Shown in pieces: positions 18,987 to 28,607 of a DNA stretch of 64,000 bases. The notes under the pieces are model-generated. The model worked only from the letters and a program-made list of their open reading frames with translations. It was not told the DNA's origin and made no database searches. This DNA comes from Cyanobacteria bacterium REEB446. Its GTDB lineage: Bacteria > Cyanobacteriota > Vampirovibrionia > LMEP-6097. The first letter of the stretch is position 1. Every line of letters starts with the position of its first letter. The stretch is from the NCBI GenBank assembly GCA_018970325.1, contig JAGWWP010000005.1, forward strand, positions 1,594 to 65,593, in the 5' to 3' direction. A program made the translations under genes and the position numbers.

Positions 18987-19649
18987 ATGGAAAACCTAAG
19001 AATCCTATTTATCGGTCCAGCAGGTGCAGGCAAGGGGACGCAAGCAGCTAAGCTCGCAGAAGAGTTTAAACTTGAGCACATTAGCACTGGTGATCTTATC
19101 AGGAACGAAATAAAGAGTGAATCTGCCTTAGGGAGAGAAGTTAAAGCTATAGTTGAGCGAGGTGAACTAGTCTCTGACGACATCGTCAATGAAATAGTTA
19201 AAGATAAATTACAAACCACTAATAGATTTCTATTAGATGGTTATCCAAGAACATTAGAGCAAGCTAAATTTTTAGCCGAGGTTAGCCCACTCGATTATAT
19301 ATTCGCTTTAAACGTCCGAAAAGAAATTCTCGTGGAAAGACTGAGTGGCAGAAGAATGTGTTCTAAAACTCAAGATCCGAACTGTAAAGGTATGTTCCAC
19401 ATCCTATTCACTCCACCTAAAATAGAAGGCCAATGTGATTTATGTGGCTCAGAGCTGTACCAAAGAAAAGATGATAATCCTGAAATTATAGAAAAAAGGC
19501 TAAATTCTTATGAGACGGAAACTGGACTGCCTTTAACAGAATTCTATAATAAATATAAATCAGGTAAATTTATTGAACTAGATGCAGAACTGAGTCCAGA
19601 TGAGGTGTACAAAAACATTACGCAGTCTCTAGCTCAAGCTGTGGTATAA
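18987..19649 (+). CDS. adk: adenylate kinase (long form with Cys4 zinc lid)
   Basis: P-loop GPAGAGKGTQ, then CSKTQDPNCKG...CDLCGSEL lid. Confidence 0.9.
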   Translation: MENLRILFIGPAGAGKGTQAAKLAEEFKLEHISTGDLIRNEIKSESALGREVKAIVERGELVSDDIVNEIVKDKLQTTNRFLLDGYPRTLEQAKFLAEVSPLDYIFALNVRKEILVERLSGRRMCSKTQDPNCKGMFHILFTPPKIEGQCDLCGSELYQRKDDNPEIIEKRLNSYETETGLPLTEFYNKYKSGKFIELDAELSPDEVYKNITQSLAQAVV

Positions 19650-19660
19650 TTACCTGACTT

Positions 19661-19864
19661 ATGCCTAATAATCAGAGCGATTCTACTAATAAGTTCTTAA
19701 GTGAGATTATAGACTACGAAGAAAACATCTATGATATGACCAGAGAGATTGCTGGTGTAGCTAAAAGAATTAAAGAGCAAGATAAAGAAGAGCCTAGTCC
19801 TTACCCACCTATTCTTAAAGCTATTAAGGAAGTTTACGTACACAGAGTAGAAAATCGTTACTAA
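19661..19864 (+). CDS. hypothetical small protein (67 aa)
   Basis: ORF only, positioned between adk and coaBC. Confidence 0.3.
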   Translation: MPNNQSDSTNKFLSEIIDYEENIYDMTREIAGVAKRIKEQDKEEPSPYPPILKAIKEVYVHRVENRY

Positions 19865-19869
19865 CTCAA

Positions 19870-21240
19870 GTGGAGCTGACTCTTGAAAATAAGACTATAG
19901 TTCTTGGAGTTACTGGCGGCATAGCTAGCTATAAGACCGTTGAATTAGTTTCCCAATTAAAAAAACTTGGAGCTAATGTCTATGTAGTTCTAAGCAGTTC
20001 AGCTGCAAGCTTCGTCAGTGCACTAAGCTTAGAGGTCATAAGCTGCAACAGAGTATTTACTAAAGACTCTAAACATACAGTCGAAGAATCAACCGTAAAT
20101 CCCTTTCTCAATAACTCTTACATAGACCATATACATTTAGCTCAAATAGCGGATATCATATTAATCGCTCCAGCGACTGCTAACTGCATCGGCAAACTCG
20201 CTCATGCTATTAGTGATGATTTAATCTACGATATAACCCTAGCGACTAAAGCCCCTGTAGTAATAGCTCCAGCCATGAATACTAATATGTGGCTGCACCC
20301 AGGGGTTCAAGATAACATTAAAAGGCTAAGAGATAGCTATGCTTATTCAGTAATTCAACCTAGTGCAGGAGCTTTGGCTTGTAAAACAAGTGGAATAGGT
20401 AGATTAGCAGATTTAGACTCTATCATCAGTACAGTAAATAAAATACTAACTAAGAAAATATTGTCTAAGTATTCTAAATTACAATTCAACTCTAAAGGAA
20501 AACCCCAAAACTTGCTAGACAACAATATACTTATCAGCGCTGGTGGAACTAAAGAATATTTAGATCCCGTTAGATTCATTTCTAATGACAGCTCTGGAGA
20601 AATGGGATTTGCACTAGCACAAGAAGCCCTCTATCGTGGCGCTAATGTCATACTTGTATCTACAGTAAATTATAGAAAAGATCCTATCAAATCCGCTCTA
20701 CTAGATCATCCTAATCTATTACTATTAGAAGTCAACTCATCAGAAGAAATGCTTAAAGCCATGGAAGGGAATTTTAATGAATCTATAGATGCTGTAATCA
20801 TGGCAGCAGCCGTATCAGATTACAGTCCGATGAAACATTTATCGAAGAAAATTAAAAAAGATAATGATACCGCAAGTACAGTCACCCTAGAACTCAAAGA
20901 AAATCCTGACATAATCAAGCATTTATCTGCTCAGAAAAGCCCAATCCAAATAACAGTCGGCTTTTCACTGGAATCCGAAGACCTAATAGAAAATGCTCGA
21001 AAAAAACTGATAGCAAAGAACTTGGATATGATAATAGCGAATGGCGTTGATGCTATAAATAGTAAAGAAAGCGAAATTAATATAATTTATCCTAAATTAG
21101 ATGATCCTAATAAACTCGAAATTATAAAATTAATTAAGCAGGATAAATCCTTAAGTGCTGATCATATATTAGATCATTTAAGTCTAATCCTAAAATCAAA
21201 ACATGAAAAGCATTCGCATCTCATTAATAGGCAGACCTAA
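19870..21240 (+). CDS. coaBC: bifunctional phosphopantothenoylcysteine decarboxylase / phosphopantothenate-cysteine ligase
   Basis: N-terminal flavoprotein domain (IVLGVTGGIASYK) and C-terminal CoaB domain (ISAGGTKEYLDPVRFISNDSSGEMG). GTG start. Confidence 0.85.
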   Translation: MELTLENKTIVLGVTGGIASYKTVELVSQLKKLGANVYVVLSSSAASFVSALSLEVISCNRVFTKDSKHTVEESTVNPFLNNSYIDHIHLAQIADIILIAPATANCIGKLAHAISDDLIYDITLATKAPVVIAPAMNTNMWLHPGVQDNIKRLRDSYAYSVIQPSAGALACKTSGIGRLADLDSIISTVNKILTKKILSKYSKLQFNSKGKPQNLLDNNILISAGGTKEYLDPVRFISNDSSGEMGFALAQEALYRGANVILVSTVNYRKDPIKSALLDHPNLLLLEVNSSEEMLKAMEGNFNESIDAVIMAAAVSDYSPMKHLSKKIKKDNDTASTVTLELKENPDIIKHLSAQKSPIQITVGFSLESEDLIENARKKLIAKNLDMIIANGVDAINSKESEINIIYPKLDDPNKLEIIKLIKQDKSLSADHILDHLSLILKSKHEKHSHLINRQT

Positions 21241-22549
21241 TGTCGGCAAAAGCACTCTAGTAAATAGATTAGCTGGTAGACAAGTCTGCATAGTAGGCGA
21301 AAAAGCTGGTATTACGCGAGATCGTAAAGAAGTTACTTTTGAATGGGAAGATACCCCTTTTACTATCCTAGACACTGGTGGAATAACTTTTGATAAACAA
21401 GATCCTTTTTCGGAGGATATTTATCGCCAAGCACTAATAGCCATGGAAAATTCAGATGCGATAGTATTTTTACTCGACGTTAATACTGGCATGACAACGG
21501 AAGACCAGAGAATATGCAGCATCTTAAGAGAGAAATTCTTTGACAGAGTCTATGTCGCTGTTAATAAAGTCGATAGCATAGAAAGAGAAAGCCTTGTTTA
21601 TGATTTTTATAAACTTGGTTTTGACAAGGTTTATGGTTTCAGTGCCTTACACGGTTCAGTAGGATTGAATAATATGCTAACTGATATTATTGAAAATTAT
21701 GGTGCTGGGCTAAAAGCCAGTGATGAAAAGCCAGAAGAGTCTATTAAGATCGCCTTTATAGGTAAACCTAATGTCGGAAAATCTAGTCTCTATAACAAAC
21801 TCATCGGCGAAGAAAGATCTATAGTAAGTGATGTTAGTGGCACTACCCGGGATTCCATAAATATTTTTCTAAATAGGCATGGGCATAAATTTGAGTTAAT
21901 AGATACAGCTGGGCTTAGAAGAAAGTCGAAAGTCCAAGAAGAAATAGAGAGATATTCGACGATAAGAACCACTCACAGTATAGCTCGCTGTGATGTAGCT
22001 ATTTTAATTCTAGATAGCACTCAGGACGATATAGTAAGCGAGCAAGATCAGAAAATCGCAGCACTGATACAGAGTAAAGGCAGGGCTTGTGTAATCGCTA
22101 TGAATAAATGGGACATAGTAGATCCTGAAATCAAAAATGATCAGACTAAACTCAAAGCCTTTAAAGAAGAGCTTTTATTTAAGTTAAGATTCGTCGACTA
22201 TGCACCAATAGAATTTATATCAGCCCTAGAAGGTACTAGAACTGACAAGATATGGACTAGAGCCATAGAAGTCAGTGCTCAGCATAAACGCCGCATAGAG
22301 ACCAATCTACTCAATAAAGTTCTAAGAGATATTTTATCTTTACAGCCGCCACCGATAGTAAAACAAAAAGCGATTAAGATTAAATATGCGACACAGATTA
22401 CTACAGAACCACCAGAGTTTCTGCTATTTGCAAACTATCCTGAATTAATCCCTCCTACCTTCGTTAGATTTATGGAGAAGAAACTTCGAGAGTACTTCGG
22501 TTTTATTGGTACACCCATTCTGATAAAATTTAAAACACAAGAAGAATAA
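21203..22549 (+). CDS. der: ribosome-biogenesis GTPase Der (EngA), tandem GTPase domains
   Basis: Two G domains (GRPNVGKSTL...DTGG and GKPNVGKSSL...DTAG) plus a C-terminal KH-like domain. Confidence 0.9.
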   Translation: MKSIRISLIGRPNVGKSTLVNRLAGRQVCIVGEKAGITRDRKEVTFEWEDTPFTILDTGGITFDKQDPFSEDIYRQALIAMENSDAIVFLLDVNTGMTTEDQRICSILREKFFDRVYVAVNKVDSIERESLVYDFYKLGFDKVYGFSALHGSVGLNNMLTDIIENYGAGLKASDEKPEESIKIAFIGKPNVGKSSLYNKLIGEERSIVSDVSGTTRDSINIFLNRHGHKFELIDTAGLRRKSKVQEEIERYSTIRTTHSIARCDVAILILDSTQDDIVSEQDQKIAALIQSKGRACVIAMNKWDIVDPEIKNDQTKLKAFKEELLFKLRFVDYAPIEFISALEGTRTDKIWTRAIEVSAQHKRRIETNLLNKVLRDILSLQPPPIVKQKAIKIKYATQITTEPPEFLLFANYPELIPPTFVRFMEKKLREYFGFIGTPILIKFKTQEE

Positions 22550-22557
22550 AAGCTCAG

Positions 22558-24276
22558 TTGCGCAGACTTAAATACCTTTTTTTAAAAAGCTTTGATACTA
22601 AGACTCAGATTTTACTTAGGGTTGCTTTAATTGGAGTTATAGTTGGCTGTATCGCGGTTGCATTCAGAGTTCTCACCGAGGAATTAAGTCATCTTTTCTA
22701 CTACAACCTCTATCATCGTGAATACTGGTATGAATGGCTTTACCCCATTCTCATCTGTACCTCTGGAGGCTTATTTGCAGGATTTATTACTCAGAAATAT
22801 GCCAAAGATGCTGGTAGTAGCGGCATACCACAAGTTAAGCATGCATTAAACAACCCTAATATCACAATTAGATTAAGAGCCGTAATCGTAAAATTCTTTG
22901 GAGCTATAGTGGGCATCGCTTCAGGTCTATCACTAGGACGTGAAGGACCAACCATTCACATAGGTGCTGGTCTAGGCGGTAAAATCGCAAGGCTAATGAA
23001 TAGTAAGCATCAGAAAAGAGCTTTAGCGAGTGGAGCCGGAGCGGGTCTAGCTGCTGCTTTTAATACTCCTATCGCTGGCGTACTTTTTATTATCGAAGAA
23101 TTAGATAAAGATTTTTCCAGTACTTCTCTTGGACCCGCCATAGTCGGCACCGTGTCTGCTGCGATCACCTGTAGATTACTCTATGGTGATTTCTTTGCTT
23201 TTCATTTTCAATCCAGTTCGGGAATGAGCCTCAGCTCAATTCCTCTTTATATAATATTAGGCATAGTCTGTGGTGTTATTGGCATCAGCTTCCAAAAATC
23301 CATCTTAAAATCCTTAAATTTCTATCAACAAAAATTGAGTTTCATTCCAGCTTGGACACATGGTGGCATAGCGGGTTTCCTTACTGGCATAGTCGCTCTA
23401 TGGTTGCCAGAAGCTATAGGTGAAGGTCACGCTACTCTGGAAGGTACATTAGCACAGGCTTATATTTGGTGGATGATACCATTGATATTTGTATTTAAAT
23501 ATATTCTCACGTTAATAGCTTATGGCAGCGGCGTTCCAGGTGGTATATTTGCACCATCGTTAATTCTAGGAGCCTTACTTGGAGCGATGTTTGGAAATAG
23601 TCTAAATTCATTATTTCCTTTTCTAGATTTAAATCCATCGACCTTCGCTTTTGTGGGGATGGGAGCTTTTTTCACAGCTATTTCTAGAGCTCCTATCACA
23701 AGCATAGTCCTGCTCTTTGAACTAACTGGTAACTATGATTTAGTGCTGCCTTTAATGTTTTCCTGTATTATCGCAAATATAACTTCTGAAAAATTACACC
23801 TCGGTGGAATATATGAAAACCTTCTCTCTCGCCAAGGTATAAAGCTAAATCAATATACCAGCCCCTCTTATTTACAGCAGTTTAGCGTTAAAGAGGCTAT
23901 GGCTCTAGACCCAGAATGCGTGGAGGAGAATATTTCACTCGGCTCTTTAAATAGAGTATTTCAAAGAACCACTCATGGTGCACTACCCGTAGTAGATACT
24001 GAACAGAACCTAGTCGGCATAGTCACCCGTAATGATCTGAAACAGGCTCTAGAAGAAAGTCTCAAAAGAAATACTAAAGTTTCTCAGATAATGTCAAAAT
24101 CACTTATTATACTCACCGAAGATGATAATCTTCACCAGGCGATTATTAGCTTACATGAGCATAATATAGGTAGATTATTAATCGTCGATAGGCATAATCC
24201 TAAAAAGCTAATCGGTATAATGACTAGATCTGACATTATTAATTTTGAGGCGACTAAAGAAATAGACGAGCCATGA
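22558..24276 (+). CDS. ClC-family chloride channel/antiporter with C-terminal CBS pair
   Basis: GSGIPQ, GREGP and GIFAPS selectivity motifs. Two CBS domains at the C-terminus. TTG start. Confidence 0.8.
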   Translation: MRRLKYLFLKSFDTKTQILLRVALIGVIVGCIAVAFRVLTEELSHLFYYNLYHREYWYEWLYPILICTSGGLFAGFITQKYAKDAGSSGIPQVKHALNNPNITIRLRAVIVKFFGAIVGIASGLSLGREGPTIHIGAGLGGKIARLMNSKHQKRALASGAGAGLAAAFNTPIAGVLFIIEELDKDFSSTSLGPAIVGTVSAAITCRLLYGDFFAFHFQSSSGMSLSSIPLYIILGIVCGVIGISFQKSILKSLNFYQQKLSFIPAWTHGGIAGFLTGIVALWLPEAIGEGHATLEGTLAQAYIWWMIPLIFVFKYILTLIAYGSGVPGGIFAPSLILGALLGAMFGNSLNSLFPFLDLNPSTFAFVGMGAFFTAISRAPITSIVLLFELTGNYDLVLPLMFSCIIANITSEKLHLGGIYENLLSRQGIKLNQYTSPSYLQQFSVKEAMALDPECVEENISLGSLNRVFQRTTHGALPVVDTEQNLVGIVTRNDLKQALEESLKRNTKVSQIMSKSLIILTEDDNLHQAIISLHEHNIGRLLIVDRHNPKKLIGIMTRSDIINFEATKEIDEP

Positions 24277-25304
24277 GTGATTTAATTTATATTTCTAAAA
24301 GATTTATTCATCTCATCTTTCTGTCACTGTTTATAAGCTTTCTAACTTTTAGCTTAATGAAAGCTGATTTTAAAATCCCTAAAATAAAGCTGGATATAGC
24401 TTTTATACATCTTCATACTAAAGAAATTCAGATAAAGACTGGTGATCCTCTTGCTGACCTTAGGTTAAATCCTGCGATTTCAGCCGCTCAAATAGAAGCT
24501 GAATCTAAAAGACTAGGCTTAAATAAAGGCTTTTTCTATCAGTATTTAACATGGTTAAGTAATTTAATTAAAGGAGATCTCGGTTACACTCAAGCTAATC
24601 AAAAAGTCATAGATGTCATAATACCAGCCTTAAAAAACACCTTGATTTTAAATCTCTGTGCGATTTTCTTCAGTTGGCTTATCGCTATTCCGCTTGGAAT
24701 AATCTGTGCGATTAAGCAAAACAGCTGGCTGGATCTCTCTGTAAGGTTCCTACTCTCTTCTTTAATGGCGATGCCCAGTTTTATACTTGCGATTTTCATG
24801 CTACTATTCGCCCTTTACAGCGGCTGGTTTCCTATCGGCGGACTTACAAGTGTCGTTATAGATGAGATGAATTTTTTTGAACGCCTTATAGATATAACTA
24901 GGCACTTATTTATTCCAGTAAGCATACTTACTCTACTCAGCATACCTAGCATACAGAGACAGATGCGAGCAAATTTACTGGAAATATTAGATAGACCCTA
25001 CATTAGAACTGCCTTAGCGAAAGGTCTTAAATTCGACATAGTGATCTGGAAACATGCTTTAAGCAATGCGATTAACCCTTTAATTACTTTATTTGGTTTC
25101 GAGTTCGCCGGCTTATTCGCTGGCTCTGCTCTGATAGAGATGGTTCTAGCTTATCCTGGACTAGGTCTACTGACTTTAGAAGCAGTAAGGAAACAGGATA
25201 TTAATATAGTTATGGCTAACCTTTTACTAGGAAGCTTAATGCTAGTCTTAGGAAATCTTCTGGCTGACTTGGTTTTAAAAAAGATAGATCCGAGAATAAA
25301 ATAA
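24273..25304 (+). CDS. ABC transporter permease, DppB/OppB-like (orphan; no adjacent ATPase or SBP)
   Basis: Six TM segments with an EAA-like loop (RTALAKGLKFDIVIWKHALSNAINP). Confidence 0.65.
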   Translation: MSDLIYISKRFIHLIFLSLFISFLTFSLMKADFKIPKIKLDIAFIHLHTKEIQIKTGDPLADLRLNPAISAAQIEAESKRLGLNKGFFYQYLTWLSNLIKGDLGYTQANQKVIDVIIPALKNTLILNLCAIFFSWLIAIPLGIICAIKQNSWLDLSVRFLLSSLMAMPSFILAIFMLLFALYSGWFPIGGLTSVVIDEMNFFERLIDITRHLFIPVSILTLLSIPSIQRQMRANLLEILDRPYIRTALAKGLKFDIVIWKHALSNAINPLITLFGFEFAGLFAGSALIEMVLAYPGLGLLTLEAVRKQDINIVMANLLLGSLMLVLGNLLADLVLKKIDPRIK

Positions 25305-25306
25305 AG

Positions 25307-25999
25307 CTAGGCTTGAATAGTTTCTAAATCTTCTACAAAATTACTAAAAGCGATCATCGCCTTATTAATCCCCATATCTAAATCTACAAGACTCGCTTGA
25401 TCATCCATATAAGCAGGTGAGGACACTATCTTATTCTTCTCATCCACTATACATTCGGTGCTTAAACATTTAGCTGATTTCACACCTATAGTTTCAAGAG
25501 CCTGATTAGGACCATCATCAAGCCCTAAAGTGAGTAAAATCTCTGGTTCTAAATCATGCAGAGAAAGAGCGACTAGAACTGGGGCGATGCAGATAGCTAA
25601 AATAGCTTTCTGCGTAGTAAACGCTTCACGGATAATTCTTTTAGAATCTTCATCGATAGTAGCTTTTACTCCATCAATAGCAAAGCTACAGAGATTTTTA
25701 GCTACCCCAAAACCACCAGGGATGGCAAGAGCATCATAATCATTCATAGAGACCGTAGAAAGGTCTAATATATCGCCGCGAGCTATGCGAGAGGCTTCCA
25801 CAAGAACATTACGCTCTTCATTTAACACAGAACCGTCTATAAAATTAATTACATCTCTTTGTAATTTATTCGGCGCGGTACACTGGAAGCTCATTCCAGC
25901 CTTCTCTATCGCTGTCAGTGTTAGCACTGCCTCACGAATTTCACTACCATCCTTAGCGCCAGAGCCAGCAAGTAAAACTAAAACTTTTTTCTTTTCCAT
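25307..25999 (-). CDS. DJ-1/PfpI-family protein, ElbB/glyoxalase-3-like
   Basis: VLLAGSGAKDGSE, nucleophile elbow AICIAP. Confidence 0.65.
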   Translation of the reverse strand: MEKKKVLVLLAGSGAKDGSEIREAVLTLTAIEKAGMSFQCTAPNKLQRDVINFIDGSVLNEERNVLVEASRIARGDILDLSTVSMNDYDALAIPGGFGVAKNLCSFAIDGVKATIDEDSKRIIREAFTTQKAILAICIAPVLVALSLHDLEPEILLTLGLDDGPNQALETIGVKSAKCLSTECIVDEKNKIVSSPAYMDDQASLVDLDMGINKAMIAFSNFVEDLETIQA

Positions 26000-26040
26000 A
26001 AACTTTATTTTACTCGGAATAGCATCATTAACGCAGAAAT

Positions 26041-26070
26041 TGGAGTTTGGCTACAGTCCCGAACTAATTT
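26041..26070 (+). repeat. core repeat copy, intergenic
   Basis: ACGCAGAAATTGGAGTTTGGCTACAGTCCC. Confidence 0.5.
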
Positions 26071-27401
26071 ACTGGCGCGGAAACAGCCTCTGGAGCCTTA
26101 AGCTTCGCCGTAATCTGAAATTCCTTATAAACCAGTCCATCACTATAATCTCGCGAACCACTTAAAAGCACGTCAGAGAAATACTTTGAGCTATGACTTA
26201 AATTTACAGCGAAGCCTGAAACCTCGTTTACTTTTTCGGCCTTACCGATCATCACTAAATTATTTTTAGCAGCGCTAAAACGCTCTATCCATAAACCTTT
26301 AGGGGTTAATTTACTGAGTTCCTTTAAAATTAAATCCCAAGGTGCTCGTCTTCTAGTTATCGAATAATAAAATTCTCTTTCTTTCTCTAAATCGCTTATC
26401 TCTTGCTTAATACGCTTCTTCTCTGCTATCTGCCTTTCGTACTGAGTAACTTCATTCTGGAACACTAAATACTTCTGGTCTAAACTCATATTCTGGAGAG
26501 TCGCGAAGAGGCCTAAAAGTAAACTAAAAACTAAAAATATCACCGCAAATAAATGAACAACATTCGGAAGATCCCATCTAAAAGGCTCTGAGGGAAGTTT
26601 GACTTTTTTAGTAATATCATGGAACGAGCTTACAGAAGGGAGATTCTCCATCAAGAAGCTTTCATAATCCTCTTTGAGAGTCAGTTTATGAGTTAAATTA
26701 CTGAAAGAATACTCACCTAGATTAGTACCATAGATATCTATATTTTCTATACTTAAACTTTTATTCTCAAGATCATTCTGATAAATATCTAAAAAACGAT
26801 TTAGATCATTCGCTGGATCATTAGTAGAACTTAAATTAGAAATAGCGATAGGGAAAGAATAGCTCCAGAAGACTATCTCCATATTAGACGAATGTGTGAA
26901 CGCTGATAAAATCTCAGAATCTCGCTCTGGTTTAAAAAGATTATAATTAGCGACGAATTTATACAGCTTAGAATTTATTTTCTTTAAAAAACTCTGACAG
27001 TTAAGCCTGACGGCCTTCTGTGGAGCTACTAAAAGATAGTCACAGACTCTCTCACCAGCGACCATTCTTTCTGTAACATTTAATCTTTCACAAGAAAATA
27101 GATCTAGAAAATTAGCCCTGTCTAACTCAATACTCATAAGCTTCAGCTTTTCATCTTGCGGCGCTTCATCTGGAAGTGGGATAACTTGATAGGTTATATA
27201 ACGAATTGGTAAAGAAAAAATGACCTTCGTAGAGCTAATGCCATAAGATTTCAGTTCTTGTTTTAAAGCTTGGTGAGCCTGTTTAGGTTTTTTAAAAAAA
27301 TCTTCAGTACTGACTTGGGTTTTACGGACGACAGAATTTATAGAGATGAGTATCTTCTCTAAACTAAAATCTATTATTAAAGTCTGATTACTATCTTTCA
27401 A
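26064..27401 (-). CDS. hypothetical bitopic membrane protein, C-terminal part PilN/PilO-like
   Basis: Single central TM (VVHLFAVIFLVFSLLLGLFATL) followed by a coiled coil and a periplasmic domain. 4-nt overlap with the prepilin-peptidase gene suggests a pilus/secretion assembly operon. Confidence 0.3.
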   Translation of the reverse strand: MKDSNQTLIIDFSLEKILISINSVVRKTQVSTEDFFKKPKQAHQALKQELKSYGISSTKVIFSLPIRYITYQVIPLPDEAPQDEKLKLMSIELDRANFLDLFSCERLNVTERMVAGERVCDYLLVAPQKAVRLNCQSFLKKINSKLYKFVANYNLFKPERDSEILSAFTHSSNMEIVFWSYSFPIAISNLSSTNDPANDLNRFLDIYQNDLENKSLSIENIDIYGTNLGEYSFSNLTHKLTLKEDYESFLMENLPSVSSFHDITKKVKLPSEPFRWDLPNVVHLFAVIFLVFSLLLGLFATLQNMSLDQKYLVFQNEVTQYERQIAEKKRIKQEISDLEKEREFYYSITRRRAPWDLILKELSKLTPKGLWIERFSAAKNNLVMIGKAEKVNEVSGFAVNLSHSSKYFSDVLLSGSRDYSDGLVYKEFQITAKLKAPEAVSAPVN

Positions 27402-28447
27402 ACTCTTAGTATGATAGCAACAAATACGGCAAGAGCCAATGCTGGCCCCAAACGGACTGTCTTAGATTTATCTTTCATAAGCGCCCGAAAAATTAATAAA
27501 ACTGAAAAAGCTATAGCTACACTGAGTAATGAGCATTCTACGCCTCCTATCATGGTAATAAAAGCAATCATAATAGTATCTCCACCACCCCAAGCATTTT
27601 TAAGCTCACTTGGCTTAAATTCGGCTGATGAGAAAAATTCACTATTTTTATCGTAAATTTTATTCTCCTCCTCCTGCTCATGAATTAACTTAGGAGAATA
27701 AAAACGAAATAAGTAAAAATCGAAAACTATTTCATTAATAAAATAAGCGAAACCTAAATAGCAGAGTAGTATCTTCAGTCCCATGAAATGAGCTCCGAAA
27801 AATAAAATAAGCATAAAGGTAAATAGGGAGATATAAATAAAAGAAATATACTTTTCTAAAAACTTAAACCTTAAAGTAAGTGCACTAGGACAGATGGGCA
27901 AAGCGAATTTTTTATAAATTATTTTATTTGCAAAATGATTAAACGCATCAAAGAATACTAATATTAAACCAAGATTCGCAAAACTCTCTATAAACGGCAC
28001 TGTTAAAAAAATCTTTGCGAAAAATATCGCAAAGATAATCCCAAAATAGCTTAAAGAATGTGGGATTCTTGCTGAATCATTATCAATAACCGCGACTGCG
28101 ACGGCTATTACCAAGAAGACCAGAGTAAATAAAAAAGAAAATATACTTTTTAAACACTCTGGCAATAAAATACCAACTTCCACAAAAGCCCGAATCGGCA
28201 TAAAAACTAATTTATATATAAGGGGAATAGAACATAGGCTCACAAGAAGCTCAACCACTAGATAACGTGCACCGATTCTAGTATCACAGTGAAAACATCT
28301 TCCTTGCAAGAAAAGGTAACTAAAGATCGGAATTTTTTCCCAGAAGCCTAATTTATGATTACAGACTGGGCAGAAAGATGCTGGCTTTGCAATGGAAAGC
28401 CCCAATGGAAGCCTGTAAATAAGCACGTTAGCAAAGCTTCCAAACAA
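27398..28447 (-). CDS. pilD: prepilin (type IV leader) peptidase, A24 family, divergent
   Basis: N-terminal Cys4 motif (CPVCNHKL...CFHCDTRI) and a C-terminal GGGD active-site motif. The middle region is unusually long and hydrophobic. Confidence 0.55.
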   Translation of the reverse strand: MFGSFANVLIYRLPLGLSIAKPASFCPVCNHKLGFWEKIPIFSYLFLQGRCFHCDTRIGARYLVVELLVSLCSIPLIYKLVFMPIRAFVEVGILLPECLKSIFSFLFTLVFLVIAVAVAVIDNDSARIPHSLSYFGIIFAIFFAKIFLTVPFIESFANLGLILVFFDAFNHFANKIIYKKFALPICPSALTLRFKFLEKYISFIYISLFTFMLILFFGAHFMGLKILLCYLGFAYFINEIVFDFYLFRFYSPKLIHEQEEENKIYDKNSEFFSSAEFKPSELKNAWGGGDTIMIAFITMIGGVECSLLSVAIAFSVLLIFRALMKDKSKTVRLGPALALAVFVAIILRV

Positions 28448-28607
28448 TGAAGCTAGTATAAAAGCGATTAAGGAATAAAAAACTGCAAATCCTATGACTA
28501 TATTTCCTATAATTTACATTATATATTCCGCTTGTAGATTTGTTATTTTCCTTTACTTTAGATAAGCATTTTTCAGTGGATTATTAATTCGATATTTAAA
28601 GAATGCT

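Noticed and set aside
25530-26165. + strand ORFs 25530-25739 and 25785-26165
   Set aside because: Antisense to the DJ-1/ElbB gene. The second extends through a core repeat copy. No start context.
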